From: Phoronis australis
Lineage: Eukaryota; Animalia; Phoronida
Assembly: GCA_002633005.1 (NCBI GenBank)
Contig: NMRA01000288.1
Span: forward strand, 384,300-448,299
Direction of reading: 5' to 3'
DNA length: 64,000 bases
The notes below the pieces were generated by a model. The model was not told where the DNA came from, did not search any database, and saw only the letters and a program-made list of their open reading frames with translations. The number at the start of each line of letters is the position of its first letter. Within the stretch, counting starts at the first letter, position 1. Positions 53,901-62,871 of this stretch are shown here, piece by piece. The position numbers were made by a program, and so were the translations under genes.

Positions 53901-56900
53901 GGGCATCAGTCCAAAACCGCAAACACAAAACAACGATGAACCATACCCGGAAAATATGCGTTCACACCCGCTTACCTTAACGTATACGTTAATTGCCGAA
54001 CCACACAATAAAACAACACATGCATAGTGAAACTATATAACCTATACTTCAAAAAGACTTGAAAATTTTATGATAACAACAAAATCGAAATTCCATTTTC
54101 CCTCAACCCCCAATTATTAAAACCCGCTAGGTCCGAAAAGTCTCCTTCCGTTCGCACGCGTACTAAAAACCGGAAGATAGTTGTTTTCCGCAATTCCGCA
54201 ACGCGAGCGGCCACGATACCCAACATATGGGGATGTCCGGACATGTGGGGTTGGCCCCCGGAAATGCGGCGCGTGTGTTTCAATCAGGACCCTGTCCTAA
54301 GGGATCTGCGCGATGGCTTCCGCATGCTCCAGTGACGTTTTCATGGAGATACTACCGATCGAAAAGTAGGTGTTTGGAAAACTTTCGGCCCAGTCCGGCA
54401 CTTCAGACACCACCCCGGAAAAGCAGTGCAACTGAATCCCGGTTTCGCGAGGCAACTGCTCTTGAGCAATTTCCAAAAGTAACCGCCCAGCAGTATTACC
54501 AGGCTTCCACACTCTGGCGACGATCGCGACAGTGTAGGATCACCGCTCGGCCGAAGCCTATCTAGGAATTCGCCCACTCCCGGAACACAGCACTCAAGAA
54601 AGTCGACTGGGTCGAAACGTCGCTATCGGTCTTCAGATCTAACCCAAGTTCTCCTAGCGTCACGACACGACTATCCTCCCAAAACCGAAGCATCTCACTG
54701 GGATCGGTCCCCGCTGTTACTTTCGATGGGTGAAACCCAACCGCAACTCGGAAATAGCCCCCATGCAAGTGCATCGCAGTAAACCGCTACTCTACCCACA
54801 ATGGACACTTCAACCGGACTGTCCACTGGTCGCTCCATAAAACATCGCCATGACTCCTCCGATGGTTGAGTATTCCGCGTACAACGGTCAACATGGAAGT
54901 GAGCGTCGAAACCGCAACTCATCTCCTGTTATCCAGTCGCAAACATCACATCAGCAGGAGTCATAACCTCCCTACCCAACATCGGTGTAAACCCCGTTGA
55001 CCGGCTTACACACGCTCGAATAGCTCCCGCAATTTGCGTAAGAGATTCCAATCATTCTGAATGTCGCGCACGTAACACCGAATCGCTTTCATTAAGGTCC
55101 GGTTGATGACGCTTCTTTGCAAAATATTTTGAGGGAGTAAAACACCTGCTGTCGCTCAACTATAAACACACAGCCATAATTTCCTCGATCAATGACGATG
55201 GGCTTTCCGTCACGATAAACGTAATTGTAACTCATGGGGTCGTGAACAACAGTCTCATCAACATTAATAGCAAAGTCTGGCAGATCGAGAAGCGGCGACG
55301 TCTCGAAAGCTAGAAATGAAAAAGCAGGTTCATATCTAGACCAACTTCTGTTGTTTCTACTACGCTTTTTCCATAGAAAACACTGATTTCACTTTTCGAA
55401 ATGCTCTTGGAAAAATGACAACTTTTGGATATCCCCTTGTCGGTCTAAGCCATCTGCGTCATCGCTCATACCAGGTACTGGCAGGAATCGAGTTTCTGTA
55501 ACTTCTTCCGGGAAAATGTGTAGAGTACCGTCTGTAATCAAGCCCAGGCTCTTGATCGCGGAGTTCGGATTACTATCATCTTCACATCTTTTGGAATCTC
55601 CAGAGGATGCAGGCGGTGATAACTTGCCACCCTTAGCTAAGCCCTCCTATTCGTGAAATCCCAAACTATCGACGTCCCGCAGTGTGGTGACTATACGTGG
55701 ATCTTGACTAACGTTCAAACAATGTACATGTACACAGTTGTCACGGAAAGGTCGCTTTTGTTTTGTTCGTTGTTTGCTAGCAGCAAAACATCCAGGTAGA
55801 GGTGACTCGTTACTCTTGACCTCGTGACCGTTGCCTCTCTCTCAACAGGATAATGTATCTATGTGGTTCTCGGCTGTTACTCATATATGTTGCCCTGTTT
55901 TGTAATATCCCTTTTTCGGCATCACCAAAGCAACCAGGAGGAGGTAAGTCGTTACTTTTGGTCTTCACCTCGTCAAAATCCCTTCTCAGCTTTGTTTCGT
56001 CCGGGTTGGTATTGTAGTACATTCAAGGCAAAGGCACACCAAATACTCAACAAAGATTACGACAGCGCAAACAGACGACTTGTCAGTCGGAATACCACAA
56101 AGCCAAGGAAGCAGACGCCCTCTTACGACCGCCGAGTCGCGTGTGAGCTTTCCATTGGTTGTTGCCGTCAGTTTTTGAGGGAGACAACTCCACAGCTTCA
56201 CAACACGGGCCTTAAAGGCGAAGGCAACCTTTTTCATGTCATTTTGAGCTAAAATAAGGTTGGTTGGTTATCCTAGACATACTTTCCACTTAATTACAGC
56301 TTTTCGTAATTTTATTAACTACTCGTCCTCTACTCCGGAAGTGACGTTTTAGGAGGCAAGCGTTTCCCGCCACTTGGTTTTGCGTTGATTTTACCGTGAG
56401 AATCTGTTCTATTCTACTTTTGTTTCGTGCTGTTTTTCAACAATTGTCGCCACCACTTTCCATCGGCGAGTATTCTGCGGCAAGATAGGTTAGTAGGGAA
56501 CTCAACTACGTTGGATTTAGAGATTGTGTAGTATGTTGTACGTTGAAAATGGCTGGAGTCGGTGACCCGTATCACAGTGACAGTAGTGTGAGTGACGGAG
56601 ACCTTGTTCACAGCAGTGGTGACGAGGAATTTTTTCACGGACATTCAGTGGATGGGTACATGTTTGAGCCCGAGTATAACGAAGGCAGAGTACGCACAGG
56701 CACAGGCAGCTGTTGAGAGAAACGAGACGGCTACTGAGGACAGACGTGGTGACACATCTTGGTGGTAATGCACTGTGTGATTTGTTATGCCTACCTTAAT
56801 GGAATGCTTGTGCTGTTCGACGAGGCCAAGCCACTACTGGACACGGTTAAGTGGACCTCCGGCATACCACGGACAGAGGAACAACTGTCCCACTTGCCAG

Positions 56901-59900
56901 AGTGTCCCGCGACACACTCCCACTGGATGGTGACCTGAGCACCCAAACTGCTTACATCGTGTCGTGTGACTCCCTCGCCACACACCTGGCACCTTCTAAA
57001 TAGCTCCAACACTTTAGACAAGTCCACAATAAACTTATCAAAGTTTGGCTCACCGATCTGTTCACTGGACGACGAACTGTCCTCTTCACTGGGTGTCGAA
57101 CTGGGCCTGTAATCACTCCCACTACTCAATATCGCTGCAGGGCTGCTTAGAGGCTCTGGGCTGGAGAAAACAGCACAGGGCGAATCACTACTGGTTCCAG
57201 GAATGGCACGCTCTGGGGGTACGTTCGGAGGCACGGGTGACAGTAGATGAAGTGCCTCCACTGGCTCCAGTCACTGTACTGGCCACAGCTCGCGAGGCTT
57301 CTCGCTTCAAAAACGCACTTCTCGGGGGTGGCGACGGGGCACTGCCGGGAATCAACACAGACGGAATGGCATCCTTCTTCAGGCGTTGTTTCTCAGGGAC
57401 CTTCATCATTTCAGCGTACAAATCCCTTTCGTAATTGGACGGCAGAAAGTGTTTGCCACACACACGGTAATTCTCGACTGCTTTGTACGTTGCGTGGACG
57501 GGTAACACTGCGTTCTTCACACGAGCGAGCCAAGTACGGCGAAGTGTGTCATCCATCGGAAAGCGATGCAAAGGTACTCCCAAAGCGCGCGTGAGACGAT
57601 AATTAGTACATCCCGGTACGCAGCAACAGTGTGGCATGTTGACTGACTAGTAAATGAAAGCAAACGACGACGGAACTTAACACAACCGAGGTAGAACAAT
57701 GACTGAGTCGGCAGCTCTCACAGTCACACTATATGAAAAGAAATTGGGGCGAAATGCTTGCCTCCTAAAACGTCACTTCCGGAGTAGCGGACGAGTAATT
57801 AACAAAATTACGAAAAGCTATAATTAAGTGGAAAATATGTCTAGGATAACCAACCAACCTTATTTTAGCTCAAAATGACATGAGAAAAGGTTGCCTTCGC
57901 CTTTAAGCTTCTGAGAGTCACTGCCATCTCCTCGAGTCCCTTTTCAAAAGTAACTGATAAAATTCCATGTCTATCTCGTCTACCGGGGTGTATTAAATGA
58001 GACAGCAGGAGAAGTCGACATTTGGCCGTGCCACCGTTGCTATTGCATTTACAATTTGTCAAACGAAAACTCGAACTCGTATCACAAGTAAAAACCCATA
58101 GTGATGTTGAGCAACTGGATGACTATTTAATCGAGGGTGAATGTTTAGAAGTTTTAAAGATTTGTAAAAACAATGACGTCTCCAGGAAGTGACCGGTTAA
58201 ATTATGAGTTCTATAAATATAACTACCACGAAGCCAAAAAGCCTGTAGTTGAAGTACTTGAATATTTTTAGTAGGGGAATTAATTACGCCACGGAGACAA
58301 GGAGCCATGACGCTTCTGAAGTCTAAAGATGATGCCGACCAATATCGTTATAAAACATCAATTATGAACTACAATAAAAGTTCTTACAGCCCGTCAACGG
58401 TAAAGCACGATATTATTAAATATAAAAATACTCATGGTCAACGTCATTTTCCATTTTATGATTTTTTAAAAGCATGCGATTCAATAAATGGGACTTTATT
58501 TTTCAAATATTAAATATTTTCAATTCTGGACAGGTTTTTACGAGTACTGAAATTTAAACTAACCCAAAATAGATTTGTCAGTAATGGTTTTGCTAAATAT
58601 TACTTTCCGACAGAAAAGGGCGTGAGATGGTGATTCCTTGTCAGACTCATTACTTTGTACAGTGAACTCCAAAATATTACCCATACTACTTTGCATGAAA
58701 GGTGACGCCACCCTAGCAAATGATTGACGAACTGCTATCAACAATAAGGTGTATACGAGTGTAATTTACTGGCTCTCACCAGGTGGCGAAGGAACGAAGC
58801 TATGCACTCGTCTCGCTGGTTCCCTGCGTGTCCGCTTAGGTGTCGGGGGACACGCAGATATCCTTTAAATTTCCTCGGGAATTTTTTTACACCGGCGTTT
58901 CTGATTGACTGGTCGAATTGTCATCAAGTAGGACTTTATACTTAAACAAACCAGCATAGTGGTCTGTTGTACAGAAAAGTTGCGACATGTTCTAGAAATG
59001 TGAATCGGAAATTTGCGGTTGTGCGTTTTCGACGTGCGCATTTTTTTACTGTCGCTGACTTCTGTTTACGTTGCTGTCCTGTATTCACACACTTTGAATA
59101 ACTCAGCCAGATCTGTGTGCATTGTATGCGCTTCAAGCACGCGGATATTAAACATTACTGCAGAAACGAAGTATTTGCTGTTACGCCACTTGCATGACAA
59201 GGCTAAAAATCATTCACAGTCCGCCGTTTTCTTTCGTTGTGAAGTTAACCAATAACTACCGAGGTTACATCAACCAGTGATAAAGCGCGTAGCGGACACG
59301 CAGGGAACCAGGGTTACACTCGTAAGACCGAGTGTAATCCACGTGTCGGTGTGTAATGCACTCGTATGAAGCGCCAAAGTATGAAGCGCCAAAGGGTCCT
59401 TAAACGAGCACATTTCAACGGGTAGAAATGTACTCGTTCAGCGCTACTCCGCACATGGTCTAGCTACAGGCGGTGCACCACAGGGGGGCTGAGGGGGTTT
59501 TAGCCCCTCCACTTTTTTCAGAGCTGTGCCGCCCATGATACGTGAGTGTAAAACACACTGAAACGCGAGTAGGCTAAAACCGATCGGCCTACTTACTGGT
59601 GGTGACGTTAACAGACACCAATTCACTGCTTGCCGTCCCTACCCCCGCAAGACCTGCGACCGTCTCAACGCTGACCCGGTAGGTTAAACCTGGCTTTACG
59701 CCCTTCAGTGTTAATGATGTTTTGTCCACTTTGTCAACCACTAACGTTTTCTGCAACCCTCTCTGGCCGATAGCTCGCTGGTTCCCTGCGTGCTTAGCCC
59801 AGCCAGCACGCAGGTATCACGCAGTGGCACGCGCTTTAGCATTGGTCGATGTAATCTTGGCAGTCATTGGTTAGCTTTACAACACCGTGAAAAAATGATT

Positions 59901-61873
59901 TTAGCCTTGTCATGCAAGTGGCGTCGCAGCAACTATTTCGTTTGTGCAGTGATGTTTAATAGCCGCGTGCTTGAAGCACATACATGCACAATAAACACAT
60001 ATTACGGTGTGTTATTCATACTGTATAAAGACACTATCGTAAACAAAAGTCATCGACAGTAGAAAGATGCATTCCGAAAAGGCTCAATCACAATTTCTAG
60101 GCTTCACATTTCCTGAACATAATTTTAAGCACCGGTTTGTCTGTACAACAGACCACATTTACACTTCAGTCCATCAGCCATGCCAGTTTGTTTGCGCAAA
60201 GCGCTGCCTGTTGACGAATCGACTAGCCAATCAGAAACGCCGGTGTAAAAAAATTTACAGAGGAAATTTAAGTGATACCTGCGTGCTGGCGCGGCTACCG
60301 CCCCACCTAGCGNGGCCGATAGCAGCGTATTTTACGCGGTAGTGTGTAAAGTGCCCGGATGACGGCGCAGTCCACGTAACATTTATTTTATCTTCAGATG
60401 CGGTGGCTTTCAGACCAAAGGGAGAAGACGGTTCTGAAAAAAGTTCAAATCCACACAATGATACTCCAATGGATGCAACAAGGTTGGCTTCGGAGACCTA
60501 TTTTAGTCAATTCTGTCCAGCTGGTCTTAGTAGAACATTTCAGTAATAAATCGAGATGTAATTTGGCCAAGAAACAACACACTGTTCAAAGGCTGTTCGT
60601 ATAGGGTGAGCCGACCACGTGACAACTATTTCCATGTTGAGGAAAGCCATATATACCTGGGTTTTCATAAACGTCCACCAGAGGCGAAATTTTAATTTAG
60701 ACCACTTATTATTCTTCTACACAATTGGCGGTCTCAAATTGTTCCTTCATAAGATGATAAGAGATTTATTGGGTTGTGAAAATTACGCTCATTATTAATA
60801 CATGAAACCAAGCTCGGCACATAAAATGACACGCAGTGTCAAACGAATTTGAAGAGATTGGGCTCAAGAAATAACGAAATGTCACTTATTTCTTTCGAAG
60901 CCATAGAATCACGTAAGGACTCTAGATCGATTTTTTGTGATTGAAAGCGGGTTTATTACCACGTTAATATTCACAGTGTCACAGTATAGTCTACTATGTC
61001 TGTATCTTTTCTGTATCTGTATCTGTATTTGCGTATGTACATGTACTGTTTTTGTATTTGTACATTATTTTTATACGTATATGTGTATGTATTCGTATAT
61101 GTATATGTATATATACGGGGCAAAGTCTTCTGTTTGTGTGTCTTTCTCGTTTGTGATTGTGTATTTGATGAGGATTAGTGTAAAATATGTCCAATTGGTG
61201 GCGTTTAATCCGTCAACTCCTTTTGCAACAAACATCAGATGCAAAGGTGGAGAGGGCTCTTGACTAACATGCAGTGAGTCGAATGCTGGTTTTTCAGTTC
61301 AGTACAATAACTAATAATCACATTCCTCAATTATAGTCCATAAGTAAGAGGGCCATTATAAAAACACACGATGACTGTAAAATGAATAAAATATCGAAAA
61401 TTGGAAGAACTGTGTTGTACTAATTTCCCATGGCACACAAGTAATGCACAGGTCACGAAAAAGCAGACACCCGTGAGATTTTATCAAAGTAGGCCGAGTT
61501 TTATCGTCATAACATCAACACAGCACTTCCAGTATATAAAGTAAAGACACGAAAAACACGAAAGGAAACCGACTGATCTTCTTACTGGTGGTGATGTTCA
61601 CTGACACCAATTCACTGTTTGCTGTCGGAGCTCCAGCACTTCCTGCGACTGTCTCAACGCTGACCTCGTAAGTTGAGCCTGGATTTAAATCCTTTAGCGT
61701 ACACGATGTTTTATTCGGTTTGTCAACCACGATCGTTTTCTGCGACCCTTTCTCGCTGATAGCCTTGTATTTTACGAGGAAGTGTGAAAAGCTACCAGCT
61801 GACGGCTTAATCCACGTGACATCTATTTTATCTTCTGTTGCCGTGGCATTCAAAGCAGAGGGGGGAAACGGTT
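44552..61873 (-). CDS. Partial type I membrane protein with FN3 and TSP1 repeats (5' part outside the window or unresolved)
   Basis: Phase-1 symmetric exons: FN3 61586-61873, FN3 59597-60433 (interrupted), TSP1 49280-49438, TSP1 48785-48973, then TM + acidic/Pro-rich tail 44552/44564-44958. Linking them into one gene is inferred from strand, order and phase. Confidence 0.7.
48785..48973 (-). CDS. Thrombospondin type-1 repeat exon
   Basis: GNWSSWGSWGSCSVTCGDG...KRKRTCDNPPPSHGGNGC; phase 1-1, GT-AG. Confidence 0.9.
49280..49438 (-). CDS. Thrombospondin type-1 repeat exon
   Basis: WSDWGAWVTCSKTCGEGIKRRVREC; phase 1-1, GT-AG. Confidence 0.9.
50371..53745 (-). mobile_element. L1/Tx1-clade LINE, internally deleted and frameshifted
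   Basis: ORF1 52664-53266 (LEQYSRRNSLRIYG, AHRIG, PRPMIVKF, EDLT). ORF2 start with APE motifs SLNCRGLN and FLQET (~52410-52290), jumping to RT QYADD (~52040), GGLSVPD, and a C-terminal CxxC..H...C finger (~50800). AATAAA and A-rich tail at 50371-50396. The 5' end is approximate. Confidence 0.9.
52664..53266 (-). CDS. LINE ORF1 protein (coiled coil + RRM-like)
   Basis: Open 200-aa frame with typical L1/Tx1-type ORF1 motifs. Confidence 0.8.
   Translation of the reverse strand: MLSVILVKMDAKQLEERFAKLDERIAKSVKLIIKEEVSKLNEELVKLKRANEVLKEKGNSLEQYSRRNSLRIYGLKEEESEVCIQTVTESLEKSLKVKVKPAEIGRAHRIGKLKTTGRVSRLSVQSTTPRPMIVKFISYQTREKVFKQKKVLKDTGYYILEDLTSLIYNLLKSAFKNDKVISSWSSDGRIYVQLTNGTIL
54170..54922 (-). 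pseudogene. Intronless TatD-family nuclease pseudogene
   Basis: All TatD motifs in order across frameshifts and stops: DAHFHVD, AVGFHP, LGELGLD, VILHCRD, LHCFSG, IP*DRVLIETHAPHF, HPHMLGIVAARVAELR. Confidence 0.9.
54929..55110 (-). mobile_element. Ty3/Gypsy-type integrase core C-terminal fragment
   Basis: INRTLMKAIRCYVRDIQNDW / LTQIAGAIRACVSRSTGFTPMLGREVMTPADVMF matches NRTL..W...STGFTP..MLGRE; one frameshift. Confidence 0.8.
55113..56022 (-). pseudogene. Decayed intronless ORF ending in a protein kinase N-lobe fragment
   Basis: One frame from ~55820 to 55113 with two stops, ending in IVIDRGNYGCVFIVERQQVFYSLKIF (Gly-loop plus subdomain II Lys). Upstream frame 55810-56022 shares a KSN..P.PGCF repeat. 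Confidence 0.55.
56549..56825 (+). pseudogene. KolX / P2X7-ballast(nanor)-like ORF remnant
   Basis: Acidic N-terminus, GYMFEPEY, RRGDTSWW*CTV*FVMPTLMECLCC (decayed WCxCxxCxxMPTxxECxCC). Confidence 0.75.
56791..57637 (-). pseudogene. Kolobok transposase N-terminus (THAP domain + Cys/His finger), frameshifted and truncated
   Basis: MPHCCCVPGC..LHRFP..W..VCGKHF..LKKDAIPS (THAP), then KFIV..LF..CQVC..G..I.WEC..GH..W. Confidence 0.85.
58290..58640 (+). mobile_element. Degenerate L1/Tx1 reverse-transcriptase fragment
   Basis: MTLL..., DFLKACDSI (DFxKAFDSI), NGF, EKGVR.GD-like motifs. Confidence 0.6.
58812..59316. mobile_element. Non-autonomous element with subterminal 21-bp inverted repeats
   Basis: CTGGTTCCCTGCGTGTCCGCT...AGCGGACACGCAGGGAACCAG; flanking direct repeat CACTCGT. 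Confidence 0.8.
59597..60433 (-). CDS. Fibronectin type III exon interrupted by a transposon (halves 60323-60433 and 59597-59773)
   Basis: PSSPFGLKATASEDKINVTWTAPSSGHFTHYRVKYAAI / GQRGLQKTLVVDK...LKGVKPGLTYRVSVETVAG. Rejoined length is 288 nt, the same as the neighbouring FN3 exon. Confidence 0.8.
59774..60312. mobile_element. Related non-autonomous element inserted in an FN3 exon
   Basis: Same left end CTCGCTGGTTCCCTGCGTG; flanked by GGCCGATAG on both sides; right end cut by N60313. Confidence 0.75.
61586..61873 (-). CDS. Fibronectin type III exon
   Basis: PFPPSALNATATEDKIDVTW...LKDLNPGSTYEVSVETV; 288 nt, phase 1-1. Confidence 0.9.
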
Positions 61874-62304
61874 CTGAAATATGTTGAAATCCACGCATTG
61901 GTGCTCCAACGAATGCAACAAGGTTAGCTAAGGAACCGTATTTTAGTTAATTCCATCCAATTGGTCTCATTAGAACATTCTGATAGTAAACCGAGATGTT
62001 TTAAGCCAAATAATAGCACACCATTCAAACGTTGGCGGTATAAGACGAGCCGACAACGTGATAACTATTACCGTCCAGTTTGTTTTTTGCGGGTATCCAT
62101 AAACCCGCCTTCCGTCCAAGATGCGAAATTTGGATTTAGACTACCCACCGCCGTAAAATTTGCCTCCACTTGTTCATTACTCGGATGAAAAGAGATTTCT
62201 TGGGTTGCAAAAATTCACAGTTCCTGATTCCTTGAAATTAAGCTCGATGCATAAAATGACACGCAGTGCCCAGCGAAGTGGAAGAGTATGGCGTCAAGGA
62301 CTAA

Positions 62305-62351
62305 CAGGCACATATATATACATATACATATATACATAAATATATATATGC

Positions 62352-62448
<97 letters not shown>

Positions 62449-62505
62449 TATAGATATAGACTTGTCCATCACATATAGACACACACATACACACATATAG
62501 ATATA

Positions 62506-62563
<58 letters not shown>
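62305..62563. repeat. Compound (TATG)/(TA)n/(CA)n microsatellite next to an assembly gap
   Basis: Direct reading. Confidence 0.95.
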
Positions 62564-62871
62564 NNNNNNNNNNNNNNNNNNNNNNNNNNNNNNNNNNNNN
62601 NNNNNNNNNNNNNNNNNNNNNNNNNNNNNNNNNNNNNNNNNNNNNNNNNNNNNNNNNNNNNNNNNNNNNNNNNNNNNNNNNNNNNNNNNNNNNNNNNNNN
62701 NNNNNNNNNNNNNNNNNNNNNNNNNNNNNNNNNNNNNNNNNNNNNNNNNNNNNNNNNNNNNNNNNNNNNNNNNNNNNNNNNNNNNNNNNNNNNNNNNNNN
62801 NNNNNNNNNNNNNNNNNNNNNNNNNNNNNNNNNNNNNNNNNNNNNNNNNNNNNNNNNNNNNNNNNNNNNNN
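62564..62871. other. Assembly gap (N run)
   Basis: Run of N. Confidence 0.99.

Larger units (their letters stand above)
56216..57902. mobile_element. Kolobok DNA transposon, internally deleted
   Basis: TTAA TSD (56212-56215, 57903-57906); ~150-bp TIRs beginning AGGCGAAGGCAACC; convergent THAP-transposase and KolX-like remnants. Confidence 0.9.

Noticed and set aside
54170-54922. Functional host TATDN gene or bacterial contaminant tatD
   Set aside because: Multiple stops and frameshifts, no bacterial operon context, and contiguous with eukaryotic TEs inside a spliced gene.
57188-57637. Host THAP-domain gene
   Set aside because: It lies inside TIRs with a TTAA TSD and frameshifts into a truncated transposase region.
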